From the NCBI GenBank assembly GCA_051294375.1, contig CM119264.1, positions 3,409,810 through 3,473,809 on the forward strand: a stretch of 64,000 nt of DNA, read 5' to 3'. A program made the translations under genes and the position numbers. The notes beneath the pieces were generated by a model. The model was not told the origin of the DNA, ran no database searches, and was given only the letters and a program-made list of their open reading frames with translations. The stretch comes from Paraspadella gotoi (taxonomy: Eukaryota > Animalia > Chaetognatha). Positions 35,646 through 49,375 of the stretch are shown one piece after another (the first letter of the stretch is position 1; each line of letters starts with the position of its first letter).

Positions 35646-36470
35646 CTGCTACCATGCATTCATTAGCGGTCAAGCACAGCTGCATCAGATAATACATATA
35701 ATTCAATTAATTAATTAATTAATAACAATCAAGTATGATTAATTAATTAATAATATCTGTATTTTTTTTATTCGCCTGCACACAAAGTTATATACATGTT
35801 TTCTCTTACCATATTACAATTCATTTCCGACTCAGCAACGATTACATACGCCTTTGATTTCCACACGCCGCTTAATCACACCACTTCTTCTAACCCCACA
35901 ATACACAGTTGCAAGTCAACGCCACACATATAACATATCAATGAGTACAATGGCGCTTCAAAGCTAAACGGGGCGACGGCAACGACCACGCGAATAGCGA
36001 CGGGAATTGCGCTAGACCGGACGGCGCACGGACGATGCGGCACGAACTGCCATAGGCAACGAACCACGCGACGATCAGAAAAATCAAATCCGTAAAAAAA
36101 AACAAAGACAAACGCAATCGAATTAATTAAAGAGAAGAAAAAAAAGGAAAAGCAAAAAAAATGGTACCGAAGTTTTTTAATAAATAGAAAGTTTTAGATT
36201 TGGCGTTGATTTAATTCCCGCCACAAAATCATGCGGCCCAAAGTTCGCGACTTCGTGTCACTGGTGTTGGATTACTACTTACTAACTAAATGACACGAGC
36301 GGATAATTGGATTTCGACGCGGAAAGATGATCGCCTATCTTCTTTCTTTCTTTTGGATCATCGCGACAAATATACAGTGCGAGAAAAAAACTTAACCGAG
36401 AAATACCACACTAATGGCCGAGAGAGCGATCAAGAAGACGCAACGACCGACCGACGACGACGACGCACCT
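35646..36470. repeat. Noisy inverted copy of ~33200-33946
   Basis: CTGCT..CATTAGCGGTCAAGCA..ATCAGATAAT (35646+) is the reverse complement of 33905-33946. Collinear to the (GAC)n tract. Confidence 0.9.
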
Positions 36471-36624
36471 CCGGACGAGGTCGATGCGCGGCGAGGCCGG
36501 CACTCTTCGGCATCTGTCTGCATCTGTTGGCAGCTCTCGGCACCCGTCGCGAATCCCACAAGAACGAAAACATCCGCACGTCCACTGCGCCAATCCATCA
36601 AATTCGAATCAAATGATCAACCAC

Positions 36625-36705
36625 ATTACATCAATTATTCAACATCACTACATCAATTATTCAACATCACTACATCAATTATTCAACATCACTACATCAA
36701 TTATT
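36625..36705. repeat. 22-bp tandem repeat TACATCAATTATTCAACATCAC, ~3.5 units
   Basis: Direct reading. Confidence 0.9.
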
Positions 36706-36851
36706 TAATCTCTCTACAACCAGCCTCCTCTCCTTCATTCATTCTCTCTCTTTACAGCAGCTCAATGTTTTCAGTCATTTTCTTTTTACGACGTTTCCTC
36801 ATCGTCGTCGTCGTCGTCGTCGTCGTCCTCAGCCGTTCATTGTCGACCAAC

Positions 36852-36936
36852 GCCATCAGGACAATGACGATGCCATCAGGACAATGACGATGCCATCAGG
36901 ACAATGACGATGCCATCAGGAAAACGACGATGCCAT
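36852..36936. repeat. 20-bp tandem repeat GCCATCAGGACAATGACGAT, ~4 units
   Basis: Direct reading. Confidence 0.9.
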
Positions 36937-37202
36937 TGCACTGATGACGAGGAAATTGAAGATTAAATGATGTGGGAGACTTGATATGTTTAAAATATGA
37001 CATCAATGAATATTGATTAATATTAAACATTGAATAATGCATATTGAATATTAATTGGAATCTTGCTATATCCTTATCTTGTTAGAGTGATGGAGGCCTT
37101 AAGAGATAGCTAATTTATTAAATGAATGGATAATTTTTATATTGGTTGTAAGTTTGTAACAATTTCATAAGTATGATGATAAGGATTGAAAAACAGTTAC
37201 TC

Positions 37203-37263
<61 letters not shown>

Positions 37264-38370
37264 AATATTTTATGGGTTTCGCTATGATGCCTTCTCTTCA
37301 AACCGTTACCCTGAACGAATCTCGAGCTTGAGTTAACCATTCGAGTTCTATCGTCGTCTTGCTTGTTGTTCGTGGCGGNNNNNNNNNNNNNNNNNNNNNN
37401 NNNNNNNNNNNNNNNNNNNNNNNNNNNNNNNNNNNNNNNNNNNNNNNNNNNNNNNNNNNNNNNNNNNNNNNNNNNNNNNNNNNNNNNNNNNNNNNNNNNN
37501 NNNNNNNNNNNNNNNNNNNNNNNNNNNNNNNNNNNNNNNNNNNNNNNNNNNNNNNNNNNNNNNNNNNNNNNNNNNNNNNNNNNNNNNNNNNNNNNNNNNN
37601 NNNNNNNNNNNNNNNNNNNNNNNNNNNNNNNNNNNGGGGGGTGACGGATAGTCTTTGAAGTCGCCGCCGATTTAATTGTATTTTCGATCCTTATTTCTTT
37701 TCATTCCAACTTCCTTCATCCTCATTTCATCTCCCTCTCCCTTCATCTCTCTCCCCCTCTCTCTCTCTCCTTTTTTCCCTCCCTCTCTCTCTCTCTCTCT
37801 CTCTCACTTCCAACTATCTTATTTTCTTAAAAATAAACCTTTCTATTTTCGTGATCTGTCTCACGCTTGTCTCTTCTTTCCCCTTACTCCNNNNNNNNNN
37901 NNNNNNNNNNNNNNNNNNNNNNNNNNNNNNNNNNNNNNNNNNNNNNNNNNNNNNNNNNNNNNNNNNNNNNNNNNNNNNNNNNNNNNNNNNNNNNNNNNNN
38001 NNNNNNNNNNNNNNNNNNNNNNNNNNNNNNNNNNNNNNNNNNNNNNNNNNNNNNNNNNNNNNNNNNNNNNNNNNNNNNNNNNNNNNNNNNTTCTCCTTTT
38101 CTCTCTTCCGGCTCAGCGATTTTCTTACACATATGTTTTCGGGCCAAAACCGAATGACCCTCATCTACATGGTACGATCTCTTCCTATTTCTGTCTGTTC
38201 GTCTATCTAGCTCCCGCTCTATCTCTTTTAGGAGATTTTATTCGACTTTCTTTTTCTTTCTATCTTCTTTACTTTTTTTTCTATATTTCTTTCTTTTTTT
38301 CTTTCTTTCTTTCTTCCTTTTTTTCTTTCTTCCTTTCTTTCCTTCTTTCTTTTTTCTTTCCTTCTTTCCT

Positions 38371-38422
<52 letters not shown>

Positions 38423-39127
38423 TATCTTTCTATCTTTCTTTCTTTCTTTCTTTCTTTATTTCTTTCTTTTACTTCATCCTTTCTCTTCTTCATACCCCCT
38501 CTTTTTTCACAATCACCGAACCAGAATCACTGGGCCTAACTTTCACAAACGATCCTTGAATCGCATTTGTGCGTGAAAGTCGCTTCAACAGAAAAACATC
38601 TTCACAGAAAAGTTGGAAACTAATGACGCATTCNNNNNNNNNNNNNNNNNNNNNNNNNNNNNNNNNNNNNNNNNNNNNNNNNNNNNNNNNNNNNNNNNNN
38701 NNNNNNNNNNNNNNNNNNNNNNNNNNNNNNNNNNNNNNNNNNNNNNNNNNNNNNNNNNNNNNNNNNNNNNNNNNNNNNNNNNNNNNNNNNNNNNNNNNNN
38801 NNNNNNNNNNNNNNNNNNNNNNNNNNNNNNNNNNNNNNNNNNNNNNNNNNNNNNNNNNNNNNNNNNNNNNNNNNNNNNTTGTTAGAAAACAGTTTCTTCT
38901 TTCTTCTGTCACATTTTGCGATTTTCCAAAGATTTTTCGTCTCAAAAAGTTTTTTTCCGAAAATTATGTATTTTTTTATCACAAATTATATTTTTTCTTT
39001 CGTTAATTTCCTCATTTTTTTCAATTCAAGTATAATTGTGCATATCATGGTATATTTATATTAATATTTACTTCCTTATTCAAGTATCAAATATTTGATC
39101 CGGAATTGAGTTTTCTTTCTCCCAATG

Positions 39128-39164
<37 letters not shown>

Positions 39165-39198
39165 NNNNNNNNNNNNNNNNNNNNNNNNNCTCCGAGGA

Positions 39199-39322
<124 letters not shown>

Positions 39323-39426
39323 GAGAAGAGGCGGCTCTTGCCTCAGATGGAGGACAGACAACCGGGGAGACTAATGAATGACAGACGGAAGGCGGGCGGA
39401 AGGCGGGCAAGGGTGAGAGATAAATG

Positions 39427-39485
<59 letters not shown>

Positions 39486-39595
39486 TAGAGTCAAAATCGG
39501 AGGTGAAACCATCAGATCATCGGGGAATAATCATCACATACGAGAGAAGAGAGAAAGAGAGTGGGAAAGAGCGTGAAGGTAGAAGAGATGAAGAT

Positions 39596-39649
<54 letters not shown>

Positions 39650-39994
39650 AGAGAGGAGAGAGGAGGAGAGGAAGAGAGAGAGAGAGAAAGCGATTAATTA
39701 GGAAGAGAAGGTAAGAAAAGCAGAAAGAAGGCAATTAAAATGGAGGTAAAGGGAGAAAGGTGACGAAGTGATAATGGAAGATAGGGTTTAAAGAGTGATC
39801 AAAATAGGATAGAGAAGAGAGTCGTACGTACGCGGGGGGGGGGGGGGGGAGGAGTGACCAGAGATAGAGGAAGTGAAGGAAGGGTCGATGAAAATGAAGA
39901 AAGGGGCGGAACTGCGAGAGATCCACCGACGGAGATAATGAGAACCAGGACAAAAGACGTGGGAAACAAAGAAAAAGAGGGGGAGAGAGAGAGA

Positions 39995-40043
<49 letters not shown>

Positions 40044-40083
40044 AAGAGAAAAAGAGAGAGAGGAGGAAGGAGGAGGCATATAC

Positions 40084-40232
40084 CTTGAGTTCGCGGGACC
40101 GCCATTTCGGTCAACTCTATTATTGTATTTCGGTCGGGGCGGTTCACGCCAGCGTGCCGGCTATTTGTTTTCGCCTCCCATCCGTTTCGCGCCGAGCGCT
40201 GGCAGGTCGCGGACGTGTGGTATTTCCCGAAG
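40084..40232 (-). CDS. Candidate orphan exon (open frame FGKYHTSATCQRSARNGWEAKTNSRHAGVNRPDRNTIIELTEMAVPRTQ)
   Basis: GC-rich island bounded by TTCAG| and AAG|GTATAT on the minus strand. Could instead be 5' UTR plus a start at GAAATGG. No family recognised. Confidence 0.3.
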
Positions 40233-41456
40233 CTGAACACCCCGATGGGTGATTTTCCTTCTCTTTCTTACTTCCTCTTACTCTTCCCTCTCGCCTCGCC
40301 TGGGCACAATATCCTGATCAGAGGTGCGCCATAACCGACGGATGCTGACAAGCCAGCCAGATCGACAGACTTTCTTCATTCTTGCTCTGTTCCTTTATAT
40401 TCTCCAAAATGGATAAAAGAATGATATGACAATAAAAAATAAAGTTATTATTTTTTTAAAGCCTATCTATTTAGATTAGATTTTAATTTTCTTTTTATTT
40501 ATTTTTTTTTTTATTTCTCTAATCCCTTCCATGATTTTTGTGAAAGTTTTTTTTGACTATTACTTTTTTCCCAGTTTTCTTAATCCCTTTTTGATTTACA
40601 TTTTTTCTTTTAATTTTCATTTGTTTTCATTGAGGTGTATTCTAATATTTTTTAACTTGAACAAAAAAAAAGATTCTATTTACAAATTTGTATTATAATA
40701 AAATGATTTAAAAATAATTTAAAAAAGAAAATTACAGGCCTGAGCAAAGTAGCTTAAGTCCTAAAGTTAGGATTCCAGACAATGTTTGTCGGACGGCTTA
40801 CTTGTTCCACTTATCAGCTTTGTCCCAACTCCTAGTATATAAAGGCGACTCTCTTCAAAACAATTTGGCGCAAAGACAGCCTTTCCAATAGAACAAAAGA
40901 TTATCGTTAAAAAATAAAACTTGCACACTTTTTTTTTTTTACAAAAAATATATTTAGCTAATACGATATAAAATTAAAAAGGAAATAAATATGAACTAAA
41001 AATGTTTAAGTGATAAAAAATTATTGTTGGGTTTTTTTAATTGATAGTGTTTTAAATTTAAAATTTACTGCCATGCATGTATTTTCCTTTATTAAATAAG
41101 AGTAAGGCCCGCTAAAGTCTGTCTAAAAGTTCAGGGAGCAACGATAGCTATATAATATTAAATCGAAGCGGATATTTCTTATATTGGTTGTACCAATTTC
41201 ATAAGTTAATTATTAGTAAAGGAAATTTTGTGAAGTTTTTTGCTAGGTTTCTGTTTCTAATTCGTTAGTTATTTTTAAAATTTTAGAGCAAAGGCAACAT
41301 TTTGGCTCTATTTTAATTAACTAGTTTTTTTAAAATGAAGACGTCTCTGTCTCTATTTGCGCTTTTCCAGAAATATTAATTTTCTCAGTCTTGACGTTTG
41401 ATTGTCTTCAGGCGCGAGACTTTTATCGATGTATCTTGTGATTTGACTGACGTCGT

Positions 41457-41490
<34 letters not shown>

Positions 41491-41727
41491 TCGTCGACTA
41501 ACGGAAACGAAAAGACAACTCAATCTCAATCTCAGAGTCACTCGCTCTCCCAGTTTTAGTTTTAGCCATAAAATACGATTTTCTTTTCTTTCGTATTCGC
41601 GACTCCAGATTTTGATCTCAAACCGAAAACTTTCCGTCTCTAACCCCCACTCGCCCCCCCCCTAACGGATCACCCCCATCCACCAATCTCAAAAACGGAA
41701 GACTCCATCCCCCCTTGAAGCCCAAAA

Positions 41728-41856
41728 AGAAAATCCTCTTCCATCCCCTTCCAGAAAAAAAAAGAAAATCCCTTCCCATCCCTCCAGAAAAAAGAAAATC
41801 CCCTTCCCATCCCCTCCCGAAAAAAAAATCCCCTTCCCATCCCCTCCAGAAAAAAG
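41728..41856. repeat. ~28-30-bp tandem repeat GAAAAAAGAAAATCCCCTTCCCATCCCCTCCA, ~4 units
   Basis: Direct reading. Confidence 0.85.
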
Positions 41857-42252
41857 TATTCCGCTCGGCTTGGACTAGAATCAGTTCTGACCAGCTCCTT
41901 ACCCCCTTCCTCCCTCTATCCCCCCCAACAGACTCCCTCTCGCTCTTGTTTCTCCACACACGCTCTCTTTTTTCTGTGTGAGAGCGAATCTTCACCGGAT
42001 CTTCGCTTCTTCACTTTCGTTTTTTTCCTTTTTTTTCATCACATTTTTTTCCCTTTTTTTCTTTCTTTTTTTTTCGAGAAACGTTTAGTATCGCATCACG
42101 TCATCTTCCTTAGCATTATGTCATCGTCATCATCATCGTCATAATCATAATCATCATTATCATCATCATCATCATCGATCAATCATCTTTCTTATCATTT
42201 ACAACCAAATCTAAGAAAATCTTGAGATAAACGGACGACGACGACGACGACC

Positions 42253-42286
<34 letters not shown>

Positions 42287-43210
42287 TAAAAAGAAGTTAA
42301 ATCGAGATATAAAAGAAATTATTCAACATCGAAAAAAAACAACAACATCAACAACAACTAGGTCAGCGATGACGATTCTAATTATTTATAACGACAACGA
42401 CTTTAAAATACAGAAAATGTAGCATCTGATACTCTTTGTCTGTTTTCAGCATTTAAAGAACTTGCTAGACGGTTAAATCTTTTTTTTAAGAAAAAAAGAC
42501 TAAAAACCTTTTTTTTTTCTTTTTCTTTTCTTTCTAAAGATTTTTATTCGTCTTCTTCCTCGTCTTTTCCTTATTCGATTCCTCGCCGAAAATTCTCGGA
42601 ATTTTTTAACCATTTTCTACTTGAGTTTTTTTTTTTTTGTACGTAAAAGATTAACGAAAAAAACATCCCAGGTCGAACAAAAGGTGTGTAAAACTCGGGA
42701 TACTGATAGTCTGAAAGGAAAAAAATGTTTGTTTAACTTCTCGTAAATATACAATTATACGTTACATTCACAAAAAAAGAGGAAAAAAATTAAAAATACC
42801 AAACAAAATGAGTTAAGAATTACGATTAAAATTAAAATAAGGATTAAGATTAAGATTTAAATTAATATTGAGAATCAGATAAAGATTAAAATAAATAATA
42901 GGTAATAATTAGGATTACGATTAAAGTAAACTTAAGCTTTATGCTTATTCCTTAAGCTTATTCCTTTCGCGAGCCTAAATAAATAAAAAAACTCATAAAA
43001 AAAATAATTTAAAAAATCTGGAACGAATAAGCATTTGTCATATTTTTAACGGATTACGAGTTCTGTTTACAGCGCGGAAAGGATTAGAGGTTTTCTCGTA
43101 AATCTTCTCTCGATCTCTTTCGATTTAATCGTTTCTCGTTGTACTCGCCCGTGTCGTTGTTGTTGTCGTTGTTGCAGCTGGCGATTTAATTCGCGTCGTC
43201 AGACTCGATT

Positions 43211-43275
43211 CGCCAATCAGAAGGCTGGGTTTCTTGGTTGTAAACCAATGAGCGCCGAGCTGAGAAACCCGGAAA
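43211..43275 (+). promoter_or_regulatory. Tandem CCAAT (NF-Y-type) boxes 32 bp apart plus CCGGAA
   Basis: GCCAATCAG (CCAAT at 43213) and ACCAATGAG (CCAAT at 43245) both fit RCCAATSR, within a CpG-rich patch. Confidence 0.4.
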
Positions 43276-44782
43276 GAAAATAAATACCTAAAAACATTTA
43301 ATGGCGTAAAGTAAATGTGAAATTATATTAAAATCAACTAACAAAATTTAAAAAAAAATTATTTAGGTCCATAACCGAAGTAAAATTAAAAACAGTAACA
43401 AGATTAGAAACTGAAGGAATCGAGACGAAAAAATAGAAAAGGAAAAAAAAAAAGAGAAAAATAGAAAAAGAGGAAAAAGAGAAAAAGTAAAAGAGAAAAA
43501 TATAAAATTATAAAAAGAGAGAAAAAAAGAAAAAACAAAAGAAAAAGAGAAAAGAAAAAAAAGAGAAAAAGAGGAAAAAAGAGAAAAGGGTCAGATGGAC
43601 GAATTGTCTCCTTCTCCTTGGGTACACCGTCCCCTGGTCCGCGTCAGCGACGAGGCGGTCAAAGNNNNNNNNNNNNNNNNNNNNNNNNNNNNNNNNNNNN
43701 NNNNNNNNNNNNNNNNNNNNNNNNNNNNNNNNNNNNNNNNNNNNNNNNNNNNNNNNNNNNNNNNNNNNNNNNNNNNNNNNNNNNNNNNNNNNNNNNNNNN
43801 NNNNNNNNNNNNNNNNNNNNNNNNNNNNNNNNNNNNNNNNNNNNNNNNNNNNNNNNNNNNNNNNNNNNNNNNNNNNNNNNNNGAGAGAGAGAGAGAGAGA
43901 GAACATCCAACTTAGATTCTGTCTTCCCACAATTTTTGGTATTTCTTTCTGCTTTTCTCTTTTTTTTATCTTTCTTTCTATCTTTCTTTCTATCTTTCTT
44001 TCTTTCCTATCTTGTTTTCCATCTTTCTTTCTTTCTTTCTTTCTTTTCTTCTATCTTTCTTTCTNNNNNNNNNNNNNNNNNNNNNNNNNNNNNNNNNNNN
44101 NNNNNNNNNNNNNNNNNNNNNNNNNNNNNNNNNNNNNNNNNNNNNNNNNNNNNNNNNNNNNNNNNNNNNNNNNNNNNNNNNNNNNNNNNNNNNNNNNNNN
44201 NNNNNNNNNNNNNNNNNNNNNNNNNNNNNNNNNNNNNNNNNNNNNNNNNNNNNNNNNNNNNNNNNNNNNNNNNNNNNNNNNNNNNNNNNNNNNNNNNNNN
44301 NNNNNNNNNNNNNNNNNNNNNNNNNNNNNNNNNNNNNNNNNNNNNNNNNNNNNNNNNNNNNNNNNNNNNNNNNNNNNNNNNNNNNNNNNNNNNNNNNNNN
44401 NNNNNNNNNNNNNNNNNNNNNNNNNNNNNNNNNNGAGAGAGAGAGAGAGAACGCTAGAGGCCTTTTGACTTTAGAGTCATTATTAACTTCGAATGAATGG
44501 AAAGTAAAAAAAGAAAAAGAAGCCAAGTTGTTTTTTCTCCTGTCAATTCGTGAAAATGGAAAGTCACTCTCCCCCCCCCTCCTTTTCACAACAAAAACAC
44601 CACAGGAGGGGGGGAGTGTGAGACGCTTTGAGTTTATCACCCCCTCATTTAACCCCCCCTACCCCTCTACACTCCCCCTTTCCCCCTCGACTTTTGAAAA
44701 GATCGAGAGCGACTTTGGGATATTTATTGGCAATTTGGTCGGACGCGAGGGGAGCGCTATTAAATTAGGAATTTGTACTCAC

Positions 44783-44836
44783 GGTTCCATCCAGAGTTCC
44801 ATCTCGGTTCCAATTGCGGTTCCATCCATTGACGAT
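44783..44836 (-). CDS. Candidate 54-nt symmetric exon
   Basis: Minus strand TTTCTTCTCGCTCGAAACAG| ... |GTGAGT. Open in all three frames; internal TGGAAC repeats. Confidence 0.35.
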
Positions 44837-46877
44837 CTGTTTCGAGCGAGAAGAAACGGAGCGCGACCAAGTTTGATGGATGAGGAAAGGCGACGGTCGC
44901 TGATGCTCGACCTTTCTTGTTCATTTCGGGGTTGAACGTAAATTTTTAACTAATTTAATAAAGTTATTGAATCTTGACTATCGAGCTTTGTGAGCTAACT
45001 GGTTGCATACATACCCTCTCTTTTGGTCCATCAAAAATAATCTTAATTTTTTAAAATTATCTGTTATTATTATTATTATTAGTGTTAAAAACCCCAAGCC
45101 TAAGAATTTCCGCGTTTAAGTTAAAAAGTAAGTTGTCAATTTCGTCGTAAGATAAAATTATCATCAACACAGAGGATGGGAAACAGATTTTAGGACGAGA
45201 AATTACGAGATTAAAAATTCAGAATATCTATAACAACATACAACTGCTCTAATTAGAAAAGCGGCCATATTGTGCAGATTTATTGGCATAAATTCTCTTT
45301 TCGCTTCCGCGAATCGAGTACAAAACTTGAAAACTGCCTGGGGTCATCGTCGGCTTGAAGTCCGTCGTAAAAAAGAATTAAGACAAAATTGACGAGGATT
45401 TAAAAGGATAAAAAAGTAATACCACAATTAGTTTAATTACAGTCAAGATTATCGGTTTATCGTTGACAGGACAAACGGGTCGTCGTCGTAGTCGTCGTCG
45501 TCGTTTTTCCTTGTTAATCAACGTTTCTTACTTTCCTTCGTTCGATGGGATTTGAATTCATGGAACAAAAAAAAAGAAAGAAAAAAAGAAAAAAAGTGGG
45601 ACGAATCCGTTGACGCGAGACGAGAGGGAAGGAAACAAAAGGAGAAAGAGTGAAAGAAAAAGTGAAAGAAAAANNNNNNNNNNNNNNNNNNNNNNNNNNN
45701 NNNNNNNNNNNNNNNNNNNNNNNNNNNNNNNNNNNNNNNNNNNNNNNNNNNNNNNNNNNNNNNNNNNNNNNNNNNNNNNNNNNNNNNNNNNNNNNNNNNN
45801 NNNNNNNNNNNNNNNNNNNNNNNNNNNNNNNNNNNNNNNNNNNNNNNNNNNNNNNNNNNNNNNNNNNNNNNNNNNNNNNNNNNNNNNNNNNNNNNNNNNN
45901 NNNNNNNNNNNNNNNNNNNNNNNNNNNNNNNNNNNNNNNNNNNNNNNNNNNNNNNNNNNNNNNNNNNNNNNNNNNNNNNNNNNNNNNNNNNNNNNNNNNN
46001 NNNNNNNNNNNNNNNNNNNNNNNNNNNNNNAATTATAGAGGATTAGAACGGTATTAATATATGGAACTTTAAAATTTATATATTTTAAATAAAATAGAAA
46101 TAGAGAAATCGGATAGAAAAGGGTTAGGAAGGTAGTAGTCGGTGTTGGAGGCCAATGCAGTCAGAATTAAGGCGTAAAAAACACCTGAAAAAAAGGAAGA
46201 AAAAAGGAAAATAAAAGGAAAATAAAAGGAAAAAGTTTCAATTTTTGAACGACAAACAATAAATTTTCTTTATTCACACAACAACAACAACAAAAAATCG
46301 CGTCGTTTTGAAAATTGTTCAAAAAAAAAAATGAAGTGAGGCTAAAAAAGAATTTTTTTCTTTCCGTTCACATCGAGTCAAGCAAAAAAAAGATAAGTGA
46401 GACTGTGAGTTGAAAATCTTTTTTTTCGCGAGATTTTGATTCACTTTGTCTGCGGTCAGACAAGACCGAACAGCAGCTTTTAAAAATTACCCAATTTGCT
46501 TAAAATCGTGTAGATTTCCTAAAGTGAAACATATAGCAAAAAAATTGGGACAAACTTGGTTAAATAGGCAAAAAGAGTCATTTAATGCTGCACCGNNNNN
46601 NNNNNNNNNNNNNNNNNNNNNNNNNNNNNNNNNNNNNNNNNNNNNNNNNNNNNNNNNNNNNNNNNNNNNNNNNNNNNNNNNNNNNNNNNNNNNNNNNNNN
46701 NNNNNNNNNNNNNNNNNNNNNNNNNNNNNNNNNNNNNNNNNNNNNNNNNNNNNNNNNNNNNNNNNNNNNNNNNNNNNNNNNNNNNNNNCAGCGAATGAAC
46801 AAAAAGAGGCCAGGATGCCAATTTCCTTTTGGCCTCAAAATACGTGAACCCCGACGCGACGAAAAGGCTTTCTCCGG

Positions 46878-46942
<65 letters not shown>

Positions 46943-48063
46943 GATGATTGATGATTATGATGACGATGATAATTGTTTGTGATGATGATGATAGTGGTTA
47001 TTTGGACGAGCGATGGTTATAACAATTTTAATCATGGTCATGGATGATCGCATTTCCTCCAACAGGGAGGATGACGCCGATGATAATGAAAACGACGACG
47101 ACGACGACGACGACAATGACCATGATAACGACGACGACGATAACGACGACGACGAAGACGACGATCATTACGACGACGCCGTCCTTGAATTTGGTTTCCT
47201 TTCATTCGGTGATGATTTCTTATCTTACCTAATTTCGTTTCACAGAAAAATCAAAGGTGAGACCATTTTTTTTCGGAAGCACATTTTGACAATAGGAAAA
47301 AAAAANNNNNNNNNNNNNNNNNNNNNNNNNNNNNNNNNNNNNNNNNNNNNNNNNNNNNNNNNNNNNNNNNNNNNNNNNNNNNNNNNNNNNNNNNNNNNNN
47401 NNNNNNNNNNNNNNNNNNNNNNNNNNNNNNNNNNNNNNNNNNNNNNNNNNNNNNNNNNNNNNNNNNNNNNNNNNNNNNNNNNNNNNNNNNNNNNNNNNNN
47501 NNNNNNNNNNNNNNNNNNNNNNNNNNNNNNNNNNNNNNNNNNNNNNNNNNNNNNNNNNNNNNNNNNNNNNNNNNNNNNNNNNNNNNNNNNNNNNNNNNNN
47601 NNNNNNNNNNNNNNNNNNNNNNNNNNNNNNNNNNNNNNNNNNNNNNNNNNNNNNNNNNNNNNNNNNNNNNNNNNNNNNNNNNNNNNNNNNNNNNNNNNNN
47701 NNNNNATAAGTGAGAGAAGTTTCGACATCCAAATAAGAAAGTGAGTTAATCAGCGATCGAGGTGAGTGAGAAGGTCAGTGACAAGGAAAGAGAAAGAGAA
47801 GCGAGAGAAAGGGAAGGATAAAGAGGAGGTGAGTTCAAAGATTCGAAATGAATTCACCGTGAAGCGTGAGGGTAAGTGAAGATTGATCACCATCGAGGAT
47901 TCGCCCGCCGAAGTCACGATCACGTGACCAGGCGAGTTCACGTTTCGACGCCGCGGACGTCGCCAGGGGGGGGGATCACGTGATTGGACGGTGAGGACGA
48001 GATGAGCAGAGATCGAATCTCGATCCAGATGGCGATGATAAAGAGACGACGACGATGACGATA

Positions 48064-48094
<31 letters not shown>

Positions 48095-48304
48095 NNNNNN
48101 NNNNNNNNNNNNNNNNNNNNNNNNNNNNNNNNNNNNNNNNNNNNNNNNNNNNNNNNNNNNNNNNNNNNNNNNNNNNNNNNNNNNNNNNNNNNNNNNNNNN
48201 NNNNNNNNNNNNNNNNNNNNNNNNNNNNNNNNNNNNNNNNNNNNNNNNNNNNNNNNNNNNNNNNNNNNNNNNNNNNNNNNNNNNNNNNNNNNNNNNNNNN
48301 NNNN

Positions 48305-48339
<35 letters not shown>

Positions 48340-48439
48340 CCGTGACTTTTTTTGTAAAAAAGAAATTGGGTTTTCCCCCATTATCGAATAATTGCGCCTT
48401 TTTATAGAAGGACGAAATGTGTGAAGACCACAGATGGGT

Positions 48440-48472
<33 letters not shown>

Positions 48473-49363
48473 TTCAAGAATCAAAAAGCGAAGAAGAAGC
48501 AGATTTTTTCCCCACCTTTTTTTTTCTGGTTTTGGATGGAATTTCGGTTCTCACCTTGAAATGGAACCGAATCTACCCCAGTTTTCTTCTCCTTTGTGGA
48601 CGCATTCACATTTTTGATTCACATTTCAGATTCACATTTTAGATTCACGCATTCATACATTTTTTGATTCTTTGCAATTTCATTGAAATTTCTTTTTTAC
48701 ACTTTTATCCACACAACTTATGATCACATTTCGACTCTTTATAATATTTACATTTTTAAATCTTTTAATTTACTTCCTGGTTTAAGGAAATGAAACAAAA
48801 ATTCAGGGTTTATTTAATTTTTATTTCATTTCAATTTCAATTTTCTATTATGAAATTGGAACAATGTCTATTTATTCGATATATAAGCTCTCTCGCCCCC
48901 GATTCTGGGCAGGCCAGAATAGGTTAAAGCCTTCGTCCCTCTCACAAGATAATAACGTCACAGGACCCGGAAAATTTTCAATCAAGACTCCTTCACTGTC
49001 AATTGTTTGAATTGTTTCAAAAGGACAACTCAGTTATTGAATCTAAATCTTTTTTCCACATTCGAACGCATTGCACTTGCAAATTCCCTTACCCATTCCC
49101 CTTAAGCCCCGGCCCGACCCTGGTCCCTCTCCCCATTGACTCCAAGCCCTTCCCTCTTCATCCCCTCCTACTCCTTCTCCCCCTCCTCCTCTTCCTCCTG
49201 AAAATGACCTCCTTAGATTTCCTTGTTATCTTTGACCCGCGACGCGAGAAGGAGAGAGAGAAAAAAAAACTTTGGCGGGAAAGAAAACGATTCAGTTTCT
49301 CAACGAAGATTTTACGTTAACATAAGGAGGAACGTATCTCCCCTTTTTTTTGCCCCGGAGGCC

Positions 49364-49375
49364 CGCGCATGCGCA
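49364..49375. promoter_or_regulatory. NRF1/EWG-type palindromic site CGCGCATGCGCA
   Basis: Exact match to YGCGCAYGCGCR in otherwise AT-rich DNA. Confidence 0.4.
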
